Below are positions 35,606 to 45,613 of a stretch of 64,000 bases of DNA, piece after piece. The DNA comes from a virus, in the IMG/VR virus record IMGVR_UViG_3300034018_000240, one strand, 5' to 3'. The position numbers were made by a program, and so were the translations under genes. The notes under the pieces were generated by a model. That model did no database searches and was not told where the DNA came from. It worked only from the letters and a program-made list of their open reading frames with translations. Position 1 is the stretch's first letter. Each line of letters starts with the position of its first letter.

Positions 35606-38600
35606 TCAAGGAACATCTAACGTAAGACAAGAATTTAATCTTGGCAGAGTTGGATTAGACATGGACTCTTCTGTAAATCAAATACAGAAGGGTAAGCTTT
35701 CTTATGCTCTAAACGCAGCATTAGAAAACTTTGACGCTAATTCTGTAAGCTATCAGAATGAGCCAAGTAATGAAGCTTGCTTAGAGTTTCCTGAAGGCTT
35801 TCAGCTTATTGGAACTCATTTCATACAAGAGAAAAACAAACACATATTCTTCTTAGCGAATCCTCAAACAGGAGGAAGTGAGATAGGATATATGGATAAC
35901 AATGATTGTGTATATCGCACACTTTGTACTCCTATTCCTGATACAGACTTAACAGTTTGTGCTAACTCAGAATGTTTAAACTTTGATATAAACTATCCAA
36001 TACACAAGGCTGTACATAAGATTACAAACTGTACCACTGAGGTTTATTGGACTGATGGATTAAATCCAAGAAGATATATTAACATTGAGCAAGTTCCATA
36101 TGTTTTTTCATATGAAGGAGGTAATACTTGTGATCCAACTATTCTAGTAGTAGATGGACAAGGAGTTCTTGATTGTAATAAGTTAGATGTACAACCTAAC
36201 TTTCAAATTCCTAATATAGAAGTTGCTGAAATTGTTGTAGGAGGAGATTTGAGAGCTGGTACTTATCAATTTGCTATTCAATATGGTAATGCTTCAGGAG
36301 ATGCTTATACATCCTACTTCTCTATAACTAATCCTACATCTATTGCTAATACAGAAATAACAACTCCTGATTTTCAATATTCTGTAGGTGAATCTATTGT
36401 ATTAAATATTACTAACTTAGATGTTACAGGATACTTCCAATACTTTAACTTAGCTGTTATAAAGACCATTAATAATGGTACCACTGTAGAATTAGTGGGA
36501 ACATATAACATTGAAGAAAAGTCTACAAGTATAACTTATACAGGACAGAACACAACTCAGATTCCTTTGAGTCTTGCAGATGTTCTTGAAAAGTTTCCTT
36601 ATTATGAGATTGCTCAAGATGTAACAAACGTACAAGATGTTATTGTTTGGGACAACTTAACTTCTATTGATAGAATCAACTATCAAAGCGTTGCTAATCA
36701 AGTACAACTTCAATGGGAGACATATAAACTGCCAGCTGGTAACACCTATGCTGATGGTTTTTATACTTCCAACTTAAGAGGATATTTAAGAGATGAGGTT
36801 TATGCATTTGAAATTGTATTCTTATTAACCAATGGTAAGCAAACAGATGGTTTTCATATTCCTGGTAGATCACCAATTTCTAATGATTTAACTCCTATTT
36901 ATGAAACTGGTCCTAATGCAACTCCTGACTTCATAGGTACTGCTACTAATGTTGAACCTGTTACACTTTATAAATATAGTCCTAATTGGAAAATATATAA
37001 TACAGCCAGTGTATCTACAACGTATCCTGTTCCTACAGACAATACTAGGAAGATAGGAGAGGCATACCCTTATCAATCTGGAGACTTTGCATATTGGGAG
37101 TCTACTGAGGAGTATCCATGTAACGTAGATGTATGGGGAGACTTAGCTGGTAAACCAATTAGACACCATAAATTTCCTGATGTTCTTGTAAGTCCTTACT
37201 TTGAGAGTCCAAGCATTGTATATAATGGAGGTCAGATAGAACCTGTAATGCAAGTTGCCAATGCTATCTATCCAATAGGTGTGAAGATAGATGTACAACA
37301 AGTGGCATTTGCTATTCAAAGCTCTAGTTTAACAAATGAAGAGAAGGCATCTATTGCTGGATTTAAAATAGTAAGAGGTAATAGAAGTACAAACAAATCT
37401 ATTATTGCTAAAGGTATTCTTAGAAATGTAGGTAAATACACTAGAGAAGATCCTGCTGATCCTAATGCTACATACTACTACTATCCTAACTATCCATACA
37501 ATGACTTAAGTGAAGATCCATTCTTACTTGAGAGAAACAATGCTTACAACTCTCAATGTGATACGTTCTCTGTATCAGTGACAACTCCTGGTATCTTACA
37601 ATACACAAACTGTTTTACAGGAGAAGTAGATACACAAGCTTTTACTAGCAGTACCACTGAAATATGTTCTATCACACTTCCTGTTGTAAATAGTGGTTCT
37701 GCAACATTTACAAATACTACAACTACTACTTATACAATTACAAATAATTCAGCTGTTAGTTCTGTTACATTTAATTATACAGATCCAGTTACAGGAGCAT
37801 TACAAAGTATAACAGTAGGTAGTGTTGTAGGTGGTAACAACGTTAAAACATTTAACTCTACCACTTTCCCTGTAAGAACATCAGGACTAAGTAATTATAA
37901 AATAGTAGCTAGCAACACAAGTGAAAACTTAAATTGTTATCCTAATAAATTAGATGGATTTAATAATCCTGAGTCTGCTTACAGACAAGTATTTAATTCT
38001 CCAGAGACTTCTTTTGGACAACCTACACTAGGTAATGTTCTTAAGTTAGAGAGTGTATTATTTGGTGGAGGAAGAGCTCATTTTGTTGAAGTGCAGAAAC
38101 ATGCTATGTATAAGCTTATCACTGAACAAACACAAGTTGATGCTTTAACCTCTAGTAAGAGAATAGCTGATCTTGGGGGATTTAGTCCTACAGCATTCTT
38201 TACAGCATATCAAACTTACTTACAGATTTATATCAATGGTATTAGTAGACAAAACTTTGCATATTCATTTAACTCTATATCTAGTTATGATTATAGTGCA
38301 GATATTTCTAATAATCAAGGAATTAAACAAAGACAACTTGATCTAGCTCAATACGTATTTCCAGGTGTACAGAACGTAGGTGATAATTATGATCTTAATA
38401 ACTGGAACAGAGAGTCTTCAGTTTATGTTAAAACTATTGATGTTAGAAATGGAATACCTGTATCACCTTTGCCATATCCTAATGACACCCCTTCTCTTGT
38501 TGTAGCAGGTGTAAGTCAAATTAGTGACACTTCAAGATTTACAATTTCAGAAGCAGAAAACTGTGCTAGTCCTGAAGCTCAGAGAGATATCAAAGTAGTA

Positions 38601-41093
38601 TCTTACTATGGTTCTATAAAGGCTATTAATAATGCTCAATGGGGACAGATATATTCATATCAAACTATTGACACAGGATTCCAAAGAATATTCAGTGCAA
38701 TATCTGCTAATGATCCTGAAGTAATATTTGGTGGTGATACATATATTGGTAAGTTTGGATTTAAAACAAAACTTCCATTCTTTATTGATAATAGAGTGAA
38801 TGCTCCTGATGATTCTGATATATATTATGATGAGATAGGTAATGTAGCTTACCCACAATATTGGTATTCAGCAAGATCTATCTTGTCTGATTTTACTGTA
38901 GGCTCTACTGTAATGAAGAATATAATCTCTACCAAAGCACATTATCTTGATTGTCCTAATGATGATATTGCTGACAGTGGTACAACAACTTCTACAACTA
39001 CACCTGCTCCAGGAACAGTAATAGCTGGTTCTTTGAATTATGTGTATGATGGTAAGATGTACTTGTTTGCTTATGGTATTCCTTACTATTATGTAGAGAG
39101 TTCTATTAATGTAGACTTACGTCAGGCATTCAATAACTTAGAAGGTGACTTCTATCCACATGTAAGTTCAGGTATCCCTGATACTTGGTTCCAAGAAAGT
39201 AGAGTTCCTATTGCTCTTGATAATACATATTATTACAATACAACCTTCTCTAAGCAGAATGTAGAGAACTTCTTCTCTCACTTGCCTGCAGATTGGATAC
39301 AGCAATTATGTTATAAAAACTTTCCATTCAGAGCAATATACTCTGATAGACAAGAAAGTTATTCTGACAATAGAATAAATAGCTGGTTGATATATCGTCC
39401 AGTGAGCTTCTTTGATTTCCCTCAAAACTATGGTAATCTTATATCTTTAGATGGTATTCAGAACAGAGCTACACTAGCTAGATTTGAGAACAAGACATTG
39501 TTATATGGTAACATGTTAACATTGAATACAAGTAATCCTCAAGCAGCTTATTTAGGTAATCCTTCATTATTCAGCAGTGTTGAACCACCTCCTATAGATT
39601 ACGCTGAAACAGATCTTGGATATGTTGGTTGTCAAAATAAGATGTTGCTTAAGATACCTCAAGGGCAGATAACTATTGATGCTAAGAGATGTCAAGTATT
39701 TTTAATTCAAGGAACACAAGCAACTGATATTTCAGGATTTGGTTCTGGTCTTAATAGATTCTTTACAAATCATTTAGCATTTGAAATACTAAGATACTTC
39801 CCAACAGTTAACACAGATAATCATTTCAAGAATATTGGTATTCATGGTGTGTATGATAGTGTATTTGAAAGAGTAATAATTACTAAGTTAGACTATGTTC
39901 CACAACCAGGTAAAGAGGTATTTTATGATGAGGTGGTTAAACAGTTTTATGTTGACCAACCAGTAGCTGGTGATCTTGTAGTTAAGAAATATATCGAGGT
40001 GACAGATCTTGAATACTTCTGTAACAAATCATGGACTGTTTCATTTAACTTCAATACAAAGAGTTGGGTGAGTTTTCATACATATCTTCCTAACTTCTAT
40101 ATAGGAGAAAACAGCTTCTTCTATTCTGGATTAAATGAAGGTTGTGATGTCACAGCAGTGGCAGTTGTACCAATACCTTCTCCAACCACAACTACAACAA
40201 CAACAAGAATTATATACTGTAACCTAACTGGTACAGCTGTAGTGGTAGGATATCCTTGTCTTTTAGGAGGAACAGCTTCACAACAAACCACTACCACTAC
40301 AACAACATCTACATCTACTTCTACTAGTACCACTACTACTACCACAACTGCTGTGCCTTTTGACTGTATATTAATTCCAGGATCTTTTACAACAGAACCT
40401 GATTGTAGATTAACAGCAGGAGAATTTATACGTGTATCTGTTACTACAACAAGTACAACAACTCCTACTCCTACAACTAGCACTACCACTACACCACAAC
40501 CATCTCTTTATAGATATAGTTCAGCAGGTCCTGATGATGCTTGTGGTACTGCTTTAACAATGACAAATGTAATATTGACTGATCCACCATTCTGTTCTGC
40601 AACTGCAATTCAATGTGATGAGTTTGTACTATCACCAGCTGGTGTACCAGTATGGGTTCGCACTGGTAATAGCTATAGAGCTGCAACAATCAATGATCCT
40701 AATACATCTGGAATTGCTACATTCGATGTAGGAACATGTATTGTATGTACAACTACAACTAGTACTTCTTCTACTACTACTACCACTACAACTGCAGCAC
40801 CTGTTGCAAGAACTGTAACTAACCTTGGTGCAAGTGCTTCTGATATATTAGGAGAGATTTATATAGATTCCTCAGTTACTCTTAGTGGTAATGTAAATGT
40901 AGATACTATAATAGAAGTAGTTGTGTCCACTAGTACATATGGTGATATCACTGTATATGTTACAATACTCAATGGTAACAATGCAGGAGTTGGTTCAACT
41001 TCTGTTGGAATGGGAAGTCTTCCATCAGTATCAGGTCAATGTATTGCATCTTCTGATAATGTATATGTAACTTTCATTGGGTATGAATGTTAA
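35532..41093 (+). CDS. giant tail/fibre-associated protein (about 1830-1853 aa) with multiple poly-Thr/Ser linkers
   Basis: Longest uninterrupted frame. The start is ambiguous (ATG at 35532, 35556 or 35583; the last overlaps the upstream gene by only 23 nt). Four poly-T/S linker tracts in the last 300 residues separate Cys-containing modules. Confidence 0.6.
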   Translation: MTYNALDNMNYQIEAQDMAEDGIDNQGTSNVRQEFNLGRVGLDMDSSVNQIQKGKLSYALNAALENFDANSVSYQNEPSNEACLEFPEGFQLIGTHFIQEKNKHIFFLANPQTGGSEIGYMDNNDCVYRTLCTPIPDTDLTVCANSECLNFDINYPIHKAVHKITNCTTEVYWTDGLNPRRYINIEQVPYVFSYEGGNTCDPTILVVDGQGVLDCNKLDVQPNFQIPNIEVAEIVVGGDLRAGTYQFAIQYGNASGDAYTSYFSITNPTSIANTEITTPDFQYSVGESIVLNITNLDVTGYFQYFNLAVIKTINNGTTVELVGTYNIEEKSTSITYTGQNTTQIPLSLADVLEKFPYYEIAQDVTNVQDVIVWDNLTSIDRINYQSVANQVQLQWETYKLPAGNTYADGFYTSNLRGYLRDEVYAFEIVFLLTNGKQTDGFHIPGRSPISNDLTPIYETGPNATPDFIGTATNVEPVTLYKYSPNWKIYNTASVSTTYPVPTDNTRKIGEAYPYQSGDFAYWESTEEYPCNVDVWGDLAGKPIRHHKFPDVLVSPYFESPSIVYNGGQIEPVMQVANAIYPIGVKIDVQQVAFAIQSSSLTNEEKASIAGFKIVRGNRSTNKSIIAKGILRNVGKYTREDPADPNATYYYYPNYPYNDLSEDPFLLERNNAYNSQCDTFSVSVTTPGILQYTNCFTGEVDTQAFTSSTTEICSITLPVVNSGSATFTNTTTTTYTITNNSAVSSVTFNYTDPVTGALQSITVGSVVGGNNVKTFNSTTFPVRTSGLSNYKIVASNTSENLNCYPNKLDGFNNPESAYRQVFNSPETSFGQPTLGNVLKLESVLFGGGRAHFVEVQKHAMYKLITEQTQVDALTSSKRIADLGGFSPTAFFTAYQTYLQIYINGISRQNFAYSFNSISSYDYSADISNNQGIKQRQLDLAQYVFPGVQNVGDNYDLNNWNRESSVYVKTIDVRNGIPVSPLPYPNDTPSLVVAGVSQISDTSRFTISEAENCASPEAQRDIKVVSYYGSIKAINNAQWGQIYSYQTIDTGFQRIFSAISANDPEVIFGGDTYIGKFGFKTKLPFFIDNRVNAPDDSDIYYDEIGNVAYPQYWYSARSILSDFTVGSTVMKNIISTKAHYLDCPNDDIADSGTTTSTTTPAPGTVIAGSLNYVYDGKMYLFAYGIPYYYVESSINVDLRQAFNNLEGDFYPHVSSGIPDTWFQESRVPIALDNTYYYNTTFSKQNVENFFSHLPADWIQQLCYKNFPFRAIYSDRQESYSDNRINSWLIYRPVSFFDFPQNYGNLISLDGIQNRATLARFENKTLLYGNMLTLNTSNPQAAYLGNPSLFSSVEPPPIDYAETDLGYVGCQNKMLLKIPQGQITIDAKRCQVFLIQGTQATDISGFGSGLNRFFTNHLAFEILRYFPTVNTDNHFKNIGIHGVYDSVFERVIITKLDYVPQPGKEVFYDEVVKQFYVDQPVAGDLVVKKYIEVTDLEYFCNKSWTVSFNFNTKSWVSFHTYLPNFYIGENSFFYSGLNEGCDVTAVAVVPIPSPTTTTTTTRIIYCNLTGTAVVVGYPCLLGGTASQQTTTTTTTSTSTSTSTTTTTTTAVPFDCILIPGSFTTEPDCRLTAGEFIRVSVTTTSTTTPTPTTSTTTTPQPSLYRYSSAGPDDACGTALTMTNVILTDPPFCSATAIQCDEFVLSPAGVPVWVRTGNSYRAATINDPNTSGIATFDVGTCIVCTTTTSTSSTTTTTTTAAPVARTVTNLGASASDILGEIYIDSSVTLSGNVNVDTIIEVVVSTSTYGDITVYVTILNGNNAGVGSTSVGMGSLPSVSGQCIASSDNVYVTFIGYEC

Positions 41094-41114
41094 AATAATA
41101 TAAAATAAAATAAT

Positions 41115-41549
41115 ATGCCATTTTCAGCAACAATAAGTTTAAATTTTGCAGGAGCAAACACTGGTCCTTTTGATCTTTTTTCAGATGCAGACACTTATGC
41201 TGTAGCATTTGCATTAGCAGTTCCTAAAGCGTCTTTGCTTGCAGGATATTTATCAAGTGCTGTTCCTGATTTTACAACAATCTGTAGAGTTAAATCTACA
41301 GGAGCGTGTGTTAATTATGTAGACATGCCTCTTGATGATCCTTACATATTTGTATATACAAGATGTGATACAGGAGATGAGTATTATAAGATAGGATTAA
41401 TAACAACAGGAAATGTACAAGATACTAATACACCTACAGCAAACTGTTATCAATATGTTGCTCAAGGATTACTATCAGCCATGACTATTGCCTATCCAAG
41501 TTTAACAATTAACAATACTTTATCTGCTTCAAGTTGTCCTTGCGTTTAA
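41115..41549 (+). CDS. TGPFDL family paralog 2 (144 aa)
   Basis: SLNFAGANTGPFDLFSDADTY...LLAGYLSSAVPDFTTICRVKSTGACVNYVD aligns with the N-terminus of the 31359 gene. Confidence 0.5.
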   Translation: MPFSATISLNFAGANTGPFDLFSDADTYAVAFALAVPKASLLAGYLSSAVPDFTTICRVKSTGACVNYVDMPLDDPYIFVYTRCDTGDEYYKIGLITTGNVQDTNTPTANCYQYVAQGLLSAMTIAYPSLTINNTLSASSCPCV

Positions 41550-41559
41550 AATAATATAA

Positions 41560-42426
41560 ATGGCTAAAACAGTAATAATAAGATTAACTTGCTCAGGTGG
41601 CAGAACAGGACCCTTTGATATCTCTGATAACTTAGGGACAGTCTTGGGCATTGACATTACTAAACAAGACCTTATTGATGGATATACTGTTAGTGTTGCT
41701 GACTCTGTTACTACAATAATTATAAGATCTAAAGGTAAGTGTTCTACTAGCATTAATGTTACAATTGGTACAGCTACAAAAGAACAGCTTGCTGCTTTAG
41801 ACTACACTGTATGTAACACAGGATCTATATGGAAGCATTTAGATGATACAATACATTATAACAAATACTATGGTAATGTAGAACCATACATAATTGAATA
41901 TCCATTTGCTTATCAAACCTATGATGAGATACTTCAGAATGTTAAAGATTATAGTAAGGTGTATAACTATATACCATCTGTAGATGGAGTGGTTAATGAA
42001 ACTGCTAAGATAGAGGTTGATAATCAATGGTTTAACAAAGCTGTTCTATATAATGGACAACAGTCTACAGGTATATTAGAACTTGTACCAAAGCCAATCA
42101 ACAACCTAAAACAATACTTAGCTTACCCAATATATAATGACTTTAGCAAGACTATCACTTATACTAAGTCAGATAACTTCTATCAATATAATACATTCTG
42201 GGGATTAGTTAAGAATAAATCATTACCTTTGTTTAGAACAAGTTGTGAGTCTTTATCAGTAGATAAGGTTGTAAATCAAGTGAATATGGATTATGGAAAA
42301 CGTTCATTTAAGAAAGAACCATTGAGAGCCAAAGACTTAAAGGTAAGACACATCCTTGACAATAGCTCTGAAGCACATATAGTTTCTCAATTCATTATTG
42401 CACCTGCTCAAATCTCTTATAAGTAA
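41560..42426 (+). CDS. TGPFDL family paralog 3 with extended C-terminal domain (288 aa)
   Basis: IRLTCSGGRTGPFDISDNLGTV...LIDGYTVSVADSVTTIIIRSKGKCSTSINV shares the same module. Confidence 0.55.
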   Translation: MAKTVIIRLTCSGGRTGPFDISDNLGTVLGIDITKQDLIDGYTVSVADSVTTIIIRSKGKCSTSINVTIGTATKEQLAALDYTVCNTGSIWKHLDDTIHYNKYYGNVEPYIIEYPFAYQTYDEILQNVKDYSKVYNYIPSVDGVVNETAKIEVDNQWFNKAVLYNGQQSTGILELVPKPINNLKQYLAYPIYNDFSKTITYTKSDNFYQYNTFWGLVKNKSLPLFRTSCESLSVDKVVNQVNMDYGKRSFKKEPLRAKDLKVRHILDNSSEAHIVSQFIIAPAQISYK

Positions 42427-45400
42427 TGGCTAACTGGTTAGACAAATATGAACAAGGAGGCTTAGTCTTAAAGAAAAAGACCAAGGATAACTATGGCAAG
42501 AAAGCTAATCCTAATGATGTCCAAGTATCTGTAGGTCCTGACTTTGTAGGACTTGGATATAACATTAAGGGTAGGGACTATTCTCCTGCATGGGGTGGGC
42601 GATTTCAGAATGGTGGATTCTTACAACCTAATAGTTCTAAATTGCCAGAAGGATATGTAATACCATATAACACTCCTAGCACTGAATTAGCTATGTCTAT
42701 AGGTGGAGAAAAAGGAGAACCAGCTTATTTAATTCCTTCATTTAAAGGTGGTAAGAAATTAAAAGATCCTATTGCTGAATATAAGAAGACAGGTGAACAT
42801 CTTGGTGGTCCATTTAAAACATGGCAAGAAGCTGAGAAGTTTGGTGAGATGAGACATGAATATGTAGAGAAAGGACAATCACTTCCTTCTCCATTGAAGT
42901 GGTGGGATGATATGCAAATGGGGGGATCTATGCCAGGTTCTGTAGGCTTCACGTACGCACGTGTAGCTGGCTCAGCTCCTGCTAATGGTAAGTATACTAA
43001 GAAGACAAAAGCTAGTGCTCAGAATGGTCAAGAGATGAAATTCTACCAAGAAGGACTAGACTTCAAACCTAAGAGTATAAGTCAAGATGGAAAAACTATT
43101 CCTAATGAGAAAGAGGAAATAAAACCAATTACAACTTCTCAAAAAAACATAGGACAAGCTGCAGCATGGAAAGTAATAGAAGCTATTAAAGCTAACACTC
43201 CATATCAATTATCAGAAAGTGCTGTAAAGTCTGGAATAGATCCATCATTAACATGTATAGGTGGTGTATGTAATGTCTATAAAGATTTAGGTGTTGACTT
43301 CTCTGGTGTAGGAAATGAAAAACAAGGTGTAAGAGAATCAAGAACAAAAGGTAAAGTAGTAGAATATAATCCAACATTTGATAAAAACTATAAAGCTGCT
43401 GGATTTGAAAAAGTAAAAGGAAGACCTATTGAATTTAATGAGTTAACTGATATAATACAAAAAGGAAACTTAAATCCAGGAGATTTTATACAATACTATA
43501 ATAAAAAAGGTATTCCAGATCATACTAATATTGTATTAGGTTCAAACCCTGATGGCAGTGTTGAGGTTTATAATTCATATAAACATGGACAGGTAACAAG
43601 AGGAGAAAGTAAAGAACCTTATGTATATACATTAAATCCTGAAGCACAAGACTATAAAGGTAAAAAAATTAATGTATTTAGAGTAGGTGATCAAAAGGCA
43701 ACAGAAATAAGAGATGCAAGTGCAAATGATCCAAGTGGTATAACAAACACTTGGTTTAATTACAATATGGAGAAGGCGATTCAAAGAAGAATGAAAATAC
43801 TAGAAAAGGATTACCAAGAACTTGCAAAACAAAGTGGTGAACCTGCTAAAAAACTAACTCCATCACAATTAAGAAAAGCTGCAATAGAAGAAGAAAGACG
43901 TATTTATGAATCAGATCCTATGTTTAAAAGAAACCTAGAGATAATAAATACAGTTGACTTTTCTGAATCTCCACAAGAAGCAATGTATAGAACATTGAAT
44001 AAAAAGAAAAATGGTGGATGGTTAGATAACTACAGTGAACCAATAAGAGATGACAGAGGACAGTGGGCTCATCCAGGTAAGATAACAGAGATAGGATCTA
44101 ACAATATTACAATGCAAGGGGTAGACTATCCTGTTCTTGGCATATCTGATACAGGTGATACACAGATGATGTATCCTGATCAAGATTATAAGTTTGATGG
44201 TGAAAAGGTTACAGAGTATCCAATGGCTCAAGATGGTGAGAACATTACCAAAAAACTGAAGAAAGAAGCTGAGGAGAAATTAGAAAGGATGAAGAAACCT
44301 AAGGCTACTCTATCTCAATATACACCTAAGAAAGGGGAACAAGCTAAGTTTGATAAACAGAAGTTACAAAGAATAGCTGAAGACAATGCTCCATTAAATA
44401 GAATGGCTGCTAGTAAGGGAGCTAAGAATATGCAAGATGCTATAGAAGCAGCATTGATAATGGAAGGTGGATTGGCAGCAAGTAAGCTTGTTGGTAAAGG
44501 TGCCAAAGCAGCTGCTAAATATGCTACAGAACAAACAGCCTTAAAGAATGTTTATAAGTTAAATCCATATGCATTTAAACCTACAGAGGGAATGATGTAT
44601 AGAGGTATTGGTAAAGAAGGAATGGAAGATGCATTACAAAGTGGTCTGTTTAGAGCTAAACAAAATGTAACTCCTACTAGTATAGGTAACTTTAATACTA
44701 CTAGACAATTTAGTAAAGCTTACTATACTCCTAGATTTGATATAGCAGATCAGTATGGACAAGGGTATATTGCTGAGGTACCAAGAGGAGCTTCTGACTG
44801 GGGTAAGAGATATGGTAAAAAAGAATGGAGTCAAATAGCTCAAAGAGATATACCTATAACTGAAGGTAAAGTTTTACAGAAAGATTGGTTAAAAAGATAT
44901 AAAGAAGTTCCTAAACCAACTGCTTCAGAACAAGTTGTAAGAGGTCCAATTCCTGCTCCTTACAAAGGAACAACTTTACCTTATGATAACATTGGATATA
45001 AGGAACCAGCAACAGGAGAACTAGCTCCATACATGACACCAGAGTTTGAAGCAATTCCATATAGTGAATTACCTAAAACTGTATATCATGGTGGTCCTAG
45101 TGTTATTTCAGACGCAGGTGCTATTAGAATAACTAGAGAAGGATTGCCTATTCAAAGTGCAACTTCTCCAACTTCAAGAGGATTCTATGCAACTCCTAAT
45201 ACTTGGATGCATATGGAAGGTTCTCCAAATCCTCTTAGAGATGTAGAAGGATTTTATCCAAAACTTGCTAGTGAGAATGCTGAAAACTATGCAATGGGAA
45301 GAGGGGATGCATACATACATGGAGGTGAGTTTGTTGAAAATCCTAGAATAGTTGACTGGAAAACATTTAGTCAAATGGAACCAGTTAAGAATCTTAATCC

Positions 45401-45593
45401 TGACTTTAGAAGACTAAGTCCTGAGGCTGCTAAAATAGCAGAAGATCTTGGTATATATGGTCTTAGAGATAATAGTGAATATAACATTCTTAATCCACAA
45501 AAGGTTTTTAAATCATTTAAACCTGCATATAAAAATCTGGGTAAAGGTTGGGAAAAATATAACAAAGGTGGCTGGTTAAACAAATATAAATAA
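42426..45593 (+). CDS. large virion (probably ejected) protein with CHAP/NlpC-P60-like cysteine peptidase (peptidoglycan hydrolase) domain
   Basis: 1055 aa. Candidate catalytic Cys in TCIGGVCNVYKDLG (about 43251-43271). Candidate His in NPGDFIQYYNKKGIPDHTNIVLG (about 43490-43530), followed by GSVEVYNSY, matching the Cys...GDhh...HVgI...N pattern. GGWL(D/N)(K/N)Y motif at N-terminus, middle and extreme C-terminus. Confidence 0.6.
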   Translation: MANWLDKYEQGGLVLKKKTKDNYGKKANPNDVQVSVGPDFVGLGYNIKGRDYSPAWGGRFQNGGFLQPNSSKLPEGYVIPYNTPSTELAMSIGGEKGEPAYLIPSFKGGKKLKDPIAEYKKTGEHLGGPFKTWQEAEKFGEMRHEYVEKGQSLPSPLKWWDDMQMGGSMPGSVGFTYARVAGSAPANGKYTKKTKASAQNGQEMKFYQEGLDFKPKSISQDGKTIPNEKEEIKPITTSQKNIGQAAAWKVIEAIKANTPYQLSESAVKSGIDPSLTCIGGVCNVYKDLGVDFSGVGNEKQGVRESRTKGKVVEYNPTFDKNYKAAGFEKVKGRPIEFNELTDIIQKGNLNPGDFIQYYNKKGIPDHTNIVLGSNPDGSVEVYNSYKHGQVTRGESKEPYVYTLNPEAQDYKGKKINVFRVGDQKATEIRDASANDPSGITNTWFNYNMEKAIQRRMKILEKDYQELAKQSGEPAKKLTPSQLRKAAIEEERRIYESDPMFKRNLEIINTVDFSESPQEAMYRTLNKKKNGGWLDNYSEPIRDDRGQWAHPGKITEIGSNNITMQGVDYPVLGISDTGDTQMMYPDQDYKFDGEKVTEYPMAQDGENITKKLKKEAEEKLERMKKPKATLSQYTPKKGEQAKFDKQKLQRIAEDNAPLNRMAASKGAKNMQDAIEAALIMEGGLAASKLVGKGAKAAAKYATEQTALKNVYKLNPYAFKPTEGMMYRGIGKEGMEDALQSGLFRAKQNVTPTSIGNFNTTRQFSKAYYTPRFDIADQYGQGYIAEVPRGASDWGKRYGKKEWSQIAQRDIPITEGKVLQKDWLKRYKEVPKPTASEQVVRGPIPAPYKGTTLPYDNIGYKEPATGELAPYMTPEFEAIPYSELPKTVYHGGPSVISDAGAIRITREGLPIQSATSPTSRGFYATPNTWMHMEGSPNPLRDVEGFYPKLASENAENYAMGRGDAYIHGGEFVENPRIVDWKTFSQMEPVKNLNPDFRRLSPEAAKIAEDLGIYGLRDNSEYNILNPQKVFKSFKPAYKNLGKGWEKYNKGGWLNKYK

Positions 45594-45613
45594 ATCATAC
45601 AATAGAGTATAAT

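Noticed and set aside
40121-40489. 122-aa minus-strand V-rich ORF
   Set aside because: Antisense shadow of the poly-Thr (ACA/ACT)n tracts in the 1853-aa gene.
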